Below, piece by piece: positions 48,785 through 58,662 of a DNA stretch of 64,000 bases; within the stretch, counting starts at the first letter, position 1; each line of letters opens with the position of its first letter. A model generated the notes under the pieces. That model did not search any database, was not told the DNA's origin, and saw nothing but the letters and a program-made list of their open reading frames with translations. Origin of the DNA: Candidatus Dadabacteria bacterium (GTDB lineage: Bacteria > Desulfobacterota_D > UBA1144 > Nemesobacterales > Nemesobacteraceae). The stretch covers positions 67,646 through 131,645 of the forward strand of contig JAJDTG010000015.1 in assembly GCA_022827275.1 (NCBI GenBank), read 5' to 3'. Made by a program: the position numbers and the translations under genes.

Positions 48785-49459
48785 GTGTTTTTCCGGGGAA
48801 AGATGAAGTCTCAAGAGCGAAACTACATAGCCGACATAGAGCGGTATTTTCTCGGGCTTGCGGGGAAGGGCCTGATGCTTTCAGCCAGGGACTACGGTTT
48901 CATAAGGGAACTTGGCGAAAGATCCGTCTCAAAGGAAATGGTAATTAAGGCCATAGCCTACGGCTTTGAGCAGAAGAGGCAGAGAGGGGCCCAGGAGCCG
49001 AGGGGGCTTTTTAACCTGAGGCATGAAATTGAAGATTACCTGAGAACGCAGTCGGTAGAACGGGAATCGGAACAGACAAGACCCAAGAGCGCCGCTTTTA
49101 CGAGGAGCAGCATAGTAGAGCAGACCCTGAAGAGGCTTGACAGGATCATAGTTGAGGAAAGAAGAGAGGATATACGGGGGAGATACGAGGAACTAAGAAG
49201 CAGGGTCCGGAAGACGGACGGCGCGGGACCCGCTAACGTATACAAACAGTTTGATTTGCTGTGGCGGGAGTTCATGGGGGATGTTTTCTCGGGTCTTTCC
49301 GAAGAGAGGAAAGAGCAGATAACAGATGCCGCGCTAAGCAGGCTTCCCGCCGAGGCTAAGCTCTACGACGAGGATGCCAGAAGAAAAACCCTTAACGCTT
49401 TCAGGGATGAAATCGTATGCGAGACTTTCGGCATAAATAATGTTTTCACGATGAAGTAA
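48785..49459 (+). CDS. hypothetical protein coupled to a DnaC-like ATPase
   Basis: 224-aa helical ORF; stop is 1 nt before the next start. Confidence 0.7.
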   Translation: MFFRGKMKSQERNYIADIERYFLGLAGKGLMLSARDYGFIRELGERSVSKEMVIKAIAYGFEQKRQRGAQEPRGLFNLRHEIEDYLRTQSVERESEQTRPKSAAFTRSSIVEQTLKRLDRIIVEERREDIRGRYEELRSRVRKTDGAGPANVYKQFDLLWREFMGDVFSGLSEERKEQITDAALSRLPAEAKLYDEDARRKTLNAFRDEIVCETFGINNVFTMK

Positions 49460-49460
49460 T

Positions 49461-50282
49461 ATGGCCAGGAGAAAACACATTGCGGCCGGTTGTCAAACAT
49501 GTTCCGGCAGGGGGTACATGATTTCCACGGAGAACGATCAGTACGCCCGCGCGCAGGTCTGCGGCTGCATCTCCGAGTGCGGCGACTGCGGAGGGTCGGG
49601 GACGGTGTTTCTGGAGAACGAAAGGGGCTATAGGTACCTTGAGCGTTGCGGAACCTGCGGGGTGGTAAGACTTAAAATCAGGAGATACAACAATGCGAAG
49701 ATTCCATCAAAGTTCGCCGGTGTTCTTCAGTCAGACGATATAGACCCCCGTGGACAGAGTCAGCTTGATGCAATGACCTACGTAAAGTCGTTTGTCGACA
49801 AGTACCCGGAGGAAAAGGGCTTTCTGCTTATGGGAGGTCCCGGGCTTGCCAAGACACGCCTGGCCGTAGGGGCCATAGCGGAGCTTACTCTCCAGAAAGC
49901 CGTTGAATGCGTGTTTACCGATTTTTTCTTTCTCCTCGGGGACCTGCGGGAAGCCTATTCCGCGGGAATTCCTGAAAACGAGATAATAGGACCGCTGATA
50001 AACGCGGAAATTCTGGTGATAGACGAGATGGGAAAGGGAAGGAGTTCCGAATGGGAACAGAACATCCTTGACCAGCTTATCTCCAAGCGCTATAACTCCT
50101 CAAAGAAGACTCTCGTTACCACCAACTACATAGCCAGGGAGTCGCTGCCAAAGAAATCCAGGAGCAAAACGGAAGTACTTGAGGACAGGGTGGGGGAGAG
50201 GATAGCTTCAAGGCTTTATGAGATGTGCACCCCGCTTTTCATCGATGGAAGCGACTATAGGAAAGGCGAAATCTCCTCGTAA
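49461..50282 (+). CDS. DnaC/IstB-like AAA+ ATPase with Zn-finger N-terminus
   Basis: CxxCxGxG repeats, GGPGLAKT, LVIDEMG, VTTN, RIASRLYEMC. Confidence 0.85.
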   Translation: MARRKHIAAGCQTCSGRGYMISTENDQYARAQVCGCISECGDCGGSGTVFLENERGYRYLERCGTCGVVRLKIRRYNNAKIPSKFAGVLQSDDIDPRGQSQLDAMTYVKSFVDKYPEEKGFLLMGGPGLAKTRLAVGAIAELTLQKAVECVFTDFFFLLGDLREAYSAGIPENEIIGPLINAEILVIDEMGKGRSSEWEQNILDQLISKRYNSSKKTLVTTNYIARESLPKKSRSKTEVLEDRVGERIASRLYEMCTPLFIDGSDYRKGEISS

Positions 50283-50469
50283 ATACCACCCGTTCAACTG
50301 AAATCCAAAGCTAATGTGCCGAGGGTAGCGCACCTGCCCTTGATGTTTTTTTATTTGACCTTTTCCGCAGTCTTTTATCCTAGATAACTTTTAGCAAAAA
50401 TTAATTAAATTATTGAAAGATTGTAAAAACTATTGATATTTGCTATTCTTTAGTGCCGGAGGTGATGTC

Positions 50470-50736
50470 ATGGCTAAGGAGAGAAGTGGTTCATCTGACA
50501 TGGTAAATATCTCGGCGCAGATTCCTGCTGAAATCGCCGAAATATTAGGCAAGGTATCGAGAGCGGAGGAAAGGTCAAAAAGCTATTACGTAAGAAAGGG
50601 ATTAGAGCTGTTTTTAATGGCTAGGCTGGAAGATCTTGAGGATTATGAAGAAGCTGCTAAAGCTTATGAGGAATTTCTGGCCTCTGGAGAAAGAACGGTT
50701 TCTTTTTCTGAACTCAAAAAGGAACTGAACCTCTAG
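50470..50736 (+). CDS. RHH antitoxin (RelB/TraY-like)
   Basis: ISAQIP...RSKSYYVRK.LE...LEDLEDY...VSFSELKKEL. Confidence 0.8.
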   Translation: MAKERSGSSDMVNISAQIPAEIAEILGKVSRAEERSKSYYVRKGLELFLMARLEDLEDYEEAAKAYEEFLASGERTVSFSELKKELNL

Positions 50737-50740
50737 AATT

Positions 50741-51019
50741 ATGTGGAAGGTGGAGTTCAGCGAAAAGGCCGCAAAGCAATTCGCCAAATTGCCTAGAAGT
50801 ATTCAGCAAAACATTGTTATGGCCATAGACGAGAAACTGTTGATTGATCCTGATTTTTATCTTTCCCGGCTGTCGGGTCATATGGGAAGCGTTTATAGAT
50901 TCAGAGTTGGCAACTCTAGATTGTTGTGTCTGAAACGAGATGAAGAGATATTTATCATAGCCGTCGGGCACAGAAAAGATATCTACAAGAGCATGTCGAC
51001 TACAGTGACACCACAATAG
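50741..51019 (+). CDS. RelE/StbE-family toxin
   Basis: WKVEFSEKAAKQFAKL, YRFRVG, IAVGHRKDIY. Confidence 0.85.
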   Translation: MWKVEFSEKAAKQFAKLPRSIQQNIVMAIDEKLLIDPDFYLSRLSGHMGSVYRFRVGNSRLLCLKRDEEIFIIAVGHRKDIYKSMSTTVTPQ

Positions 51020-51051
51020 CTTTAACTTCTGGCACTACATGACTTGTTGCT

Positions 51052-52086
51052 CTAGAAATCCCAGAATTTCGAATAAATCCTTCTGATTTCCGAGACTGTG
51101 TGTTCGCAGTTTGTCCGCTTGGGATCAAAACCGGTATCCGATGTCTTAAGATCGAGTATCTCCTCTATGACCGACTTCATGATCAGTCCCATTTCCGCGA
51201 TGTTGTAGCCGCCTTCGAGCAAAAAGGCGATATTTCCGCGGCAGTGTTTCTCGGCGAGCTGCATAACGAATCTTGTAAGCCTGGCGAAACCTCCTGAGGT
51301 AACCAGCATTCCTCCCATCGGGTCGACCTGGTAAGCGTCAAAGCCCGCGGAGATGAGAATGAATTCCGGGGAGTACTGCTCCACCACGGGTTCGAGTATC
51401 TCGGCGAAGATCCTGAGGTAGTCCTCGTCTCCCAGCATCGCGGGGCAGGGGACGTTAACCGTGTACCCGAGCCCGTCTTTATATCCGAGTTCCTTAAGGC
51501 TTCCGGTGCCGGGGTAAAACGGGAACTGGTGCACTGAGAAGAAAAGCACGCTGGCTGAATCATAGAAGATATGCTGGGTGCCGTTTCCATGATGCACGTC
51601 CCAGTCTATGATCAGGACCCTCTCAAGCCCGCAGTTGGCCAACAGGTGGGCTCCCGCGACCGCCACGTGATTAAACAGGCAGAACCCCATCGCCCTGTCG
51701 TGTTCGGCGTGATGTCCGGGAGGGCGGGCGAGTACGAACGCGGTATCAATTTTCCCTGAGAGAATATCGTTTACCGAGCATATAAGCCCCCCTGAGCCGG
51801 CAAGCGCGGCGTCAAAAGAAACCTCGCACGTAGTAGTGTCGGCATCGAGCTGCGAGAACTCCTTGCCGGAGGTGCTTTTGACCATGTCGAAATAGGGCTT
51901 GCTGTGTGCGAGGGTGATCTCTTCCTCCGTAGCGGGTCTTGTGTCGGCGGGAACCGTTTTCTCCATAAGGCCCGAACTCTCAAGCACCCCCAGAATGCTG
52001 GTCAGTCTTTCCGGACACTCCGGATGTCCGGGAGGGTTCTGATGAGCCAGGAAAAGATCGTTACTTACTATCGAGAGTCTCTTCAT
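51052..52086 (-). CDS. histone deacetylase-family amidohydrolase
   Basis: HPECPERL, RPPGHHA, DWDVHHGNGTQ, LEGGY. Confidence 0.95.
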   Translation of the reverse strand: MKRLSIVSNDLFLAHQNPPGHPECPERLTSILGVLESSGLMEKTVPADTRPATEEEITLAHSKPYFDMVKSTSGKEFSQLDADTTTCEVSFDAALAGSGGLICSVNDILSGKIDTAFVLARPPGHHAEHDRAMGFCLFNHVAVAGAHLLANCGLERVLIIDWDVHHGNGTQHIFYDSASVLFFSVHQFPFYPGTGSLKELGYKDGLGYTVNVPCPAMLGDEDYLRIFAEILEPVVEQYSPEFILISAGFDAYQVDPMGGMLVTSGGFARLTRFVMQLAEKHCRGNIAFLLEGGYNIAEMGLIMKSVIEEILDLKTSDTGFDPKRTNCEHTVSEIRRIYSKFWDF

Positions 52087-53335
52087 TTTGGATCACTTCT
52101 TTAAGATAACCTACCAGATAAAAGGAACCACATACACAGGCTGCTTCTCCGTAACCAAGAAGCTTTTCATATGCCTCCCGGGGATCCTTTACCATCTCGA
52201 CCGAATCGAATTCTCCACGGGTAAGCGCCAGAATTCTTTCCGTTTCCAAGGATTTCCTGACTCCGGGAAGTTCCGTTATGATCAGTTTTCCCGAGACGCG
52301 GGAGAGCGTTTCGGTGAACCCTGCGATGTCTTTGTTATCAAGCATTGTTAAGAGGAAATTGAATTTTTTCCCGGGATGATAAAACTCAAGCGACTTAACG
52401 AGGTTCTCTCCCGCGGCTAGGTTGTGCGCGCCGTCGATTATAACGGGAGTCCCCCTGTCCAAGTATTCCATTCGTCCTCCCAGGCCGACTTCCGAAAGAG
52501 CCTCCTTTATTTTTCCCGGATCCGTTTTGTAGCGGGTATGCATTGTCAGCAGCTCGGCCGCCGCTATGGATATAACGGCGTTTTCCACCTGGTGCGTGCC
52601 CGCCAGAGAAACTCTGAGTCCCGGAATATTCCACCTGGGTCCAATGTAGTCGAAGCTCAGATCCTCTTTTTCCCTGTAAGTGAACTCTGCTCCGATTCTG
52701 TGGCATACTGAGGAGTTCTCCCGGACCCTGCGCTCGATTACCGACAGGGCCTCGCCCGTGCATCCTGTCACCACGCGGGCGTTTTTCTTGATTATTCCGG
52801 CTTTTTCCCCGGCAATCTCACCCAAGGTATTTCCCAGGTATTCGGTGTGGTCAAAGGACACGTTCGTTATAACGCCTGCAAGGTGGTCGCATACGTTTGT
52901 CGAGTCCCATCTCCCGCCCATCCCCACTTCAAGCACGCCTACGTCTATTGACTTGCCGTTGAAGTGAAGGAATGCGGCTGCGGTGAGCGTTTCGAAATAA
53001 CTGAGCTCCACGCCAATCCTGGCGCAGGCGGCAAAGACCGTGCCCAGGGTCTCTTCAAGCTGATCCCCGGTTATCTCCTCTCCGCCTACCTTTATTCTCT
53101 CCGTGACGTCGATCAGGTGAGGGGAGGTAAAGAGACCTGTGCGATAGCCGTTTGCCTCGAATATTGACGCGATGCAGGTCGCCACGGACCCCTTGCCGTT
53201 AGTTCCGGCAACGGCGACGTAATCCTTTTCCCTGTGAGGAGAGCCCAGTTCTTCAAGAACCGCGGTGATTCTGCCGAGCCCCGGTTTTACGCTGTCCACT
53301 CCCTTCAGGCGGAGTCTGTCGAGATTCTGAAACAT
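52061..53335 (-). CDS. folC: folylpolyglutamate synthase/dihydrofolate synthase
   Basis: VAGTNGKGS, TSPHL, EVGMGGRWDSTN, DGAHN. Confidence 0.95.
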   Translation of the reverse strand: MFQNLDRLRLKGVDSVKPGLGRITAVLEELGSPHREKDYVAVAGTNGKGSVATCIASIFEANGYRTGLFTSPHLIDVTERIKVGGEEITGDQLEETLGTVFAACARIGVELSYFETLTAAAFLHFNGKSIDVGVLEVGMGGRWDSTNVCDHLAGVITNVSFDHTEYLGNTLGEIAGEKAGIIKKNARVVTGCTGEALSVIERRVRENSSVCHRIGAEFTYREKEDLSFDYIGPRWNIPGLRVSLAGTHQVENAVISIAAAELLTMHTRYKTDPGKIKEALSEVGLGGRMEYLDRGTPVIIDGAHNLAAGENLVKSLEFYHPGKKFNFLLTMLDNKDIAGFTETLSRVSGKLIITELPGVRKSLETERILALTRGEFDSVEMVKDPREAYEKLLGYGEAACVCGSFYLVGYLKEVIQNEETLDSK

Positions 53336-53436
53336 TTTGGGCCTACAGGGTTAAAGATAGCACATGCCGGCTTGAAATCCTGTTCACGTTGCAGGAGCGT
53401 TTTTTCGAGGCGGGACGGAGATCCGGGCTGAAGCAG

Positions 53437-53814
53437 TCAGTCCTCAAGTATAACTACGGCGACTGAGTATTCGCCGTCGTGTGATATGGTGGTATGAATC
53501 CGGGTCAGGCCCCTTTGTTCGGCTATTTCCTTCGTGCTTCCCCGAAGGTCTATGAAGGGTTTTCCAAGCTCGTTGCGCTTGACCGCTATGTTGTGAAACT
53601 TTATTCCCCGTCTGAACCCGGTCCCAAGCGCCTTGACAAAGGCCTCCTTGACCGCGTAGTTGGCCGCGTAGGTTATGTTCCTGTTCTTGCCGTTACCGTT
53701 TTGCGCGAGTTCGTCATCGGTGAAGACTTTTCGAAGGAACTTCTCCCCCCATCTCTCGATAAGGCTCTCTATGCGACTGTTGCGAACCATATCGATGCCT
53801 ATGCCTGAAACCAT
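53437..53814 (-). CDS. acpS: holo-ACP synthase
   Basis: GIGIDMV, AVKEAFVKALGTG, ISHD. Confidence 0.95.
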   Translation of the reverse strand: MVSGIGIDMVRNSRIESLIERWGEKFLRKVFTDDELAQNGNGKNRNITYAANYAVKEAFVKALGTGFRRGIKFHNIAVKRNELGKPFIDLRGSTKEIAEQRGLTRIHTTISHDGEYSVAVVILED

Positions 53815-53848
53815 ATCTTTTTGCCTTATGCCTTGCTGTAGAACAATA

Positions 53849-54562
53849 CTATAGCAGGTTGATCATGTCTCTTACGGCTTTCTCCATCCCGGAGAGAACC
53901 GCCCGTGAAACTATGCTGTGGCCGATGTTGAGTTCCTCAATCCCGTCTATCTGTGAAACCGCGGTCACGTTGACGTAGTTTAGCCCGTGACCGGCGGATA
54001 CCCTGAGTCGCTGGGAGAGGGCGTCTTCCGTTGATTTTCTGATCTTTTGAAGTTCCATCATCATCCCGGTCTCGTCGCGGGCGTTTGCGTAACTTCCGGT
54101 GTGGATTTCAACCATGTGAGCGCCGGCCTGCGCGGAAGCGCTTATCTGGTCGGGATCGGGGTCTATGAAGATGCTTACGAACAGTCCGGAACTCTTAAGC
54201 TTCTCAACCCCCGCGGCAATTCTCTCCGTATCCCCGCGCACGTCAAGCCCTCCTTCGGTAGTTATCTCCTGCCTTTTCTCAGGAACAAGGGTCACGACGT
54301 CAGGAAGCGTCCCGCACGCAATCTCGATCATCTCGTCCGTTACGGCCATTTCCATGTTGAGCTTCGTCCGCACCGTCTGTTTCAGCAGAAGAAGGTCCCT
54401 TTCCTGAATGTGCCGGCGGTCTTCGCGAAGATGGACCACTATTCCGCTCGCTCCGGCGAGCTCGGCCACCGCGGCGGCAGCCACGGGATCGGGCTCATCC
54501 CCCCTCCTTGCCTGTCTCAGGGTTGCCACGTGGTCAACGTTTACGTTCAGTCTGGTTTTCAT
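53849..54562 (-). CDS. pdxJ: pyridoxine 5'-phosphate synthase
   Basis: [33 protein letters not shown]. Confidence 0.97.
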   Translation of the reverse strand: MKTRLNVNVDHVATLRQARRGDEPDPVAAAAVAELAGASGIVVHLREDRRHIQERDLLLLKQTVRTKLNMEMAVTDEMIEIACGTLPDVVTLVPEKRQEITTEGGLDVRGDTERIAAGVEKLKSSGLFVSIFIDPDPDQISASAQAGAHMVEIHTGSYANARDETGMMMELQKIRKSTEDALSQRLRVSAGHGLNYVNVTAVSQIDGIEELNIGHSIVSRAVLSGMEKAVRDMINLL

Positions 54563-55945
54563 CTACAGGTTTCCTGTTCCTATGTTCTCGCTTATTACGG
54601 AAGATACGCGGGAAGCGATTCCGTTTATCAGGGTTTCATCCTCTCCCTCCACCATTACCCGTGCCAGCAGTTCGGTTCCGGAATATCTGAGGTTTATTCT
54701 TCCTTTGCCCCCGAGGATTTCTTCAGATTCCCTGACTATCTCGGCAAGTCCCGGGATCTGCTCAAACGGTTTTTTCTCTTTGATCTCGAAACTGTTAAGA
54801 ACCTGCGGAAACATGTCTATTATCCCGGCAAGCTCAGAAAGCGGTTTCCCCTTTCTTTTCATTATGCCCAGAATCTGAAGCGAGGCCAGCAGGCCGTCCC
54901 CCGTGGTCGAGTGGTCAAGAAACAGCAGGTGGCCCGATTTTTCGCCTCCGAGGTTAGCGCCCAGTTTTCTCATCGCTTCTACGACGTACCTGTCTCCCAC
55001 GCGGGTTCTCTCGAGTTTCAGCCCTTTTGCGTTAAGGTAGTTCTCAAGGGCCATGTTGCTCATCTGGGTAGATACCACGGTGTCCGTTGCCAGGGTGCCG
55101 GTCTCAAGCATTTCGGATGAGCAGATAGCAAGCACGTGGTCGCCGTCGACCTCATTTCCGTTCTCATCGCAGAAGACCACCCTGTCCGCGTCTCCGTCAA
55201 GCGCTATTCCTATGTCGGAGCGGCTTCGCACTACTTCTTCGCATAGTATCTCGGGCCGCAGGCTTCCGCAGTCAACGTTTATGTTCGTTCCGTTGGGATC
55301 AGTGCCGATCGTGATTACCTCGGCTCCGAGCTCCTCAAAAATTATGGGTGCGACCTTGTACGCGGCTCCGTTGGCGCAGTCAACCACGATCTTAACCCCG
55401 TCGAGCGTGAGATCGTCGGGGAAAGTGTTTTTGAGAAACACTATGTAGCGTCCGACCGCGTCCTCGATTCTTTTCGCCTTTCCCGTCAGGGGAGGGGGGC
55501 TTAACTGCTTTTCTCCGAGAACCATGTTCTCTATCTCTATCTCCGTTGCGTCCGGAAGCTTGAAGCCCGTGGAATCGAATATCTTTATTCCGTTATCGGT
55601 GTAGGGATTGTGTGACGCGGAGATGACAACTCCGGCCGTGGCTCTCATGTTTGAAGTGAGAAAAGCTATCGCCGGAGTCGGCAGGGGACCCACGAGCAGT
55701 ACGTCGGCTCCCATGGACGTTATGCCCGAGGCTATTGCCTGTTCGAAGACGTAGCCTGAAAGGCGGGTGTCTTTGCCGACGAGTATCTTCACGTGGCCGC
55801 CCGTCTTTTCGGACAGATATTTTGTGAGCGCTTTCCCGAGGGCAAGCGATATCTCGGGGGTCATCGGGTAGGTGTTGGTAACCCCCCTTATTCCGTCGGT
55901 TCCAAAAATTTTTCTTTCGGGAAATTCAGATGCGGAGTTCTTCAT
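54563..55945 (-). CDS. glmM: phosphoglucosamine mutase
   Basis: FGTDGIRG, ISASHNP, DGDADR, RYSGTE. Confidence 0.96.
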   Translation of the reverse strand: MKNSASEFPERKIFGTDGIRGVTNTYPMTPEISLALGKALTKYLSEKTGGHVKILVGKDTRLSGYVFEQAIASGITSMGADVLLVGPLPTPAIAFLTSNMRATAGVVISASHNPYTDNGIKIFDSTGFKLPDATEIEIENMVLGEKQLSPPPLTGKAKRIEDAVGRYIVFLKNTFPDDLTLDGVKIVVDCANGAAYKVAPIIFEELGAEVITIGTDPNGTNINVDCGSLRPEILCEEVVRSRSDIGIALDGDADRVVFCDENGNEVDGDHVLAICSSEMLETGTLATDTVVSTQMSNMALENYLNAKGLKLERTRVGDRYVVEAMRKLGANLGGEKSGHLLFLDHSTTGDGLLASLQILGIMKRKGKPLSELAGIIDMFPQVLNSFEIKEKKPFEQIPGLAEIVRESEEILGGKGRINLRYSGTELLARVMVEGEDETLINGIASRVSSVISENIGTGNL

Positions 55946-55948
55946 GAT

Positions 55949-56905
55949 TTACGTCTCGGGAGATTCTTCCGGGGCGGGCGGCTTGACTCTAACCCTGACA
56001 CTTCTCGGAGATATGCTCGTGAGTTTAAGGAGGTTTGAACTTGGATATTGAACCTTGACGTTGAGTCTTTTCTGCGTGCTCCCGCCCATCTCCGCCCCGT
56101 CTATGAAAACTTTGACGTCGTCGCTTGTAAGGTCGTTGATGGTTTTGTAGGGGCCGTTGAAAACCAGTGTGGCCTTAAGACTGGAAGTAGTGCTGTATTC
56201 AAGTTCTCCGAAATTCCGGGGGACTATGTCGACGTCCCGAAACTCCTTGGTCAGTATTATCTCTTTTATGTAAACCGTCACGTTCACGTGATCGCCTTCG
56301 AGGACTTCCATGTACTGGGAGGGCAGCTGCAGCTGCGCCGGCGCCGTGAACTCGGCTTTCTCGCCTTCAAGCTTTATTTTCGCCGTTTCTATGGTTTCCA
56401 GCTTGCCGAGCTGCGAAGCGGGCCCTTTTACCTTTACGAATCGCGGGACGACCTTTACTTTCTTCGATATCTCGTAGCCGGAGTCCAGTTCTCCGAGAAC
56501 GGGTTTCACCTTGAATCTTTTCGTCACAAGCCTGTCTATGTTAAGCGAGAGTTTTGAGGGCCTCGTAGCGACTATATCGATTCCTCTGGGAACTACCTGC
56601 GATGCCGCGCGCTTCAGGTCTATTTTAAGGACGCCCTGTTCCGTTTTCTGCAGGTCAATGGGAATTGACTTGTTCGAGAAGGCAAATGAAGAGAGCAGGT
56701 TTCTCGACCCCCTGAGAGAGAGGTCAACGTTCTCGGGGGCATTGTTCACGATAATAAGCTCTTCAGGCAGGCCGCTTAGGTGAAGCGGAAGCCTGACGTC
56801 CCTTTCCACGTCAAGTTCGAAATTCGTAAATGCCCAGAGAACTACGGCCAGCGCAAGCGCGATTGTCTTTTTTGCAAGACCTTGAAAGAAAGGTTTTTTC
56901 TCCAT
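55949..56905 (-). CDS. cdaR: YbbR/CdaR-family regulator of diadenylate cyclase
   Basis: N-terminal TM (ALALAVVLW), repeated YbbR-like beta domains, located between cdaA and glmM. Confidence 0.85.
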   Translation of the reverse strand: MEKKPFFQGLAKKTIALALAVVLWAFTNFELDVERDVRLPLHLSGLPEELIIVNNAPENVDLSLRGSRNLLSSFAFSNKSIPIDLQKTEQGVLKIDLKRAASQVVPRGIDIVATRPSKLSLNIDRLVTKRFKVKPVLGELDSGYEISKKVKVVPRFVKVKGPASQLGKLETIETAKIKLEGEKAEFTAPAQLQLPSQYMEVLEGDHVNVTVYIKEIILTKEFRDVDIVPRNFGELEYSTTSSLKATLVFNGPYKTINDLTSDDVKVFIDGAEMGGSTQKRLNVKVQYPSSNLLKLTSISPRSVRVRVKPPAPEESPET

Positions 56906-57702
56906 CAGGCTTTTCCCGTCTGGCCTACTTTTATGCTGCTCAGGCTCTCAGTGCTAAGTTCGGAAACCAGGCTCGGCTTTAGCAGCCTGTCGTTGGCGAT
57001 TCTTTTAAGTTCTCCGTCTGCCGCCAGCGAGATTTTTCCCGTTTCCTCGGACACGATTACCACGACAGCGTCAGTTTCCCTGGAGAGCTCTATTGCGGCC
57101 CTGTGCCTTGTTCCAAGTTCTGTTCCAAGTTCAAGGTCCGTACTGATCGGAAAAAAACACCCGGCTGAAACAATAACGTCGTCTTTGACTATCACCCCTC
57201 CGTCGTGAAGAGGGGATGCGGGGTTGAAAATGGTTATGAGCATCTCGCTTGATAAACTGGCGTTAATAGGTCTTCCGGGGAACACTCTGAGGCTCTCCTG
57301 CCTTTCAATGGCTATAAGAGCTCCGGTTTTCCTTGAAGAGAGAAAAGAGCAGGCATCCGCCAGCTCTTCTATCATTGCTTCGTTTGCCGCATGTTTCACG
57401 AAACTGAAGAGAAGAGGTTTCTTCCCTATGTTCGCAAGTCCCCTTCTTATATCATCCTGGAAGAGAATTATTATTATGAGGATAGCGAAACCGAGAAAGT
57501 GGGTAAGCACCCAGTTAAGCGTGAAAAACCCCCATTTTCTCGAGGCGAAGTAAAGAACAGCCATCGCCACCAGTCCGACCAGTATCTGCGAGCTTCTGGT
57601 CCCCTCTATGGCCTTCAGTACGTAGAAGAATATTATGGCGACGATCAGGATATCCAGACTGTCAGAAAAGAATCGAAAGTTCTGTATGGTAGAGTCTGTC
57701 AT
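56905..57702 (-). CDS. cdaA: diadenylate cyclase CdaA/DacA
   Basis: Three TM helices, LFQDDIRR, PLHDGG, GTRHRAA, VSEETG. Confidence 0.93.
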   Translation of the reverse strand: MTDSTIQNFRFFSDSLDILIVAIIFFYVLKAIEGTRSSQILVGLVAMAVLYFASRKWGFFTLNWVLTHFLGFAILIIIILFQDDIRRGLANIGKKPLLFSFVKHAANEAMIEELADACSFLSSRKTGALIAIERQESLRVFPGRPINASLSSEMLITIFNPASPLHDGGVIVKDDVIVSAGCFFPISTDLELGTELGTRHRAAIELSRETDAVVVIVSEETGKISLAADGELKRIANDRLLKPSLVSELSTESLSSIKVGQTGKA

Positions 57703-57705
57703 CTC

Positions 57706-58593
57706 CTAGTTGACCCCGTATATGCTTTTTACCGTCCGAATTGCCTGCACTGTTTCAAGTACATCATGAACTCTTACGATAGAAATGCCCTTGAGCATTG
57801 ATATTATTACTGAACAGACGGATCCTATCAATCTTTGCTCAGCGAGCGGGCTCCCCAGGATTTCCCCTATAAAGGATTTTCGCGAGGTTCCGAGGCAGAC
57901 CGGGAACCCGAGCTCGCAGAATTCCTCGAGCCTTCTTATGATCTCGAGGTTCTGCGGGGTGGTTTTTCCGAATCCGATGCCCGGGTCAATTATTATATGG
58001 TCCCGCGGAATTCCCGCCGACATGGCCGTCTGGGCTGAATTCAGAAGAAAGTCCGCTATGTCGGGAACAAGCGAACTGTATTGGGTTTTTTCCTGCATGT
58101 CCGACGGTCGCGAACTCGTGTGGGTGAGTACGATTGCGGCTCCTTTTTCCGATACTCTCTGCGCTACCTGCGGTTCGAAACTCAGTCCGCTTATATCGTT
58201 TACCATCGAAGCGCCGCGCTTTAGCGCCTCTTCGGCAACGGCTGCTTTTGTGGTGTCGACGGATATCACGGTGTCGAATTCCACCGAAGCCGCCTCTATT
58301 ACCGGTATAACCCGGTCAAGCTCCTCTTCTGTGCTTACGCCGAGAGAGCCCGGCCTTGTGGATTCTCCCCCTATATCAATAATATCGGCCCCGTCTTCAA
58401 TTAAGGAGGCGATTCTCCCGAGAGCCTTTTGGGGATCGTTGTACTCTCCGCCGTCATAAAAGGAGTCCGGCGTCATGTTCACGATTCCCATGACAAGGGG
58501 CTTTTCGCTCAGATCCAGTCTTTTTGAACCGAGTTTTATCAAATGATGTTCTGGTGCGTTCTGATTTGCTTTATGGACTGAAGGCTTTAGCAA
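57706..58593 (-). CDS. folP: dihydropteroate synthase
   Basis: MGIVNMTPDSF, DIGGESTRPG, DPGIGFGK, SRKS, RVHDV; start uncertain. Confidence 0.95.
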   Translation of the reverse strand: MLKPSVHKANQNAPEHHLIKLGSKRLDLSEKPLVMGIVNMTPDSFYDGGEYNDPQKALGRIASLIEDGADIIDIGGESTRPGSLGVSTEEELDRVIPVIEAASVEFDTVISVDTTKAAVAEEALKRGASMVNDISGLSFEPQVAQRVSEKGAAIVLTHTSSRPSDMQEKTQYSSLVPDIADFLLNSAQTAMSAGIPRDHIIIDPGIGFGKTTPQNLEIIRRLEEFCELGFPVCLGTSRKSFIGEILGSPLAEQRLIGSVCSVIISMLKGISIVRVHDVLETVQAIRTVKSIYGVN

Positions 58594-58662
58594 GCGGCTC
58601 TTACTCCCGGTTCTGCAAAGACAGCCGAAAAACAGCGGCGGGGCAGGGGAAAGCCATAGGGA

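Noticed and set aside
49461-50282. DnaC/IstB-like ATPase as part of a second IS21 or a prophage
   Set aside because: No istA, terminal repeats or phage genes nearby.
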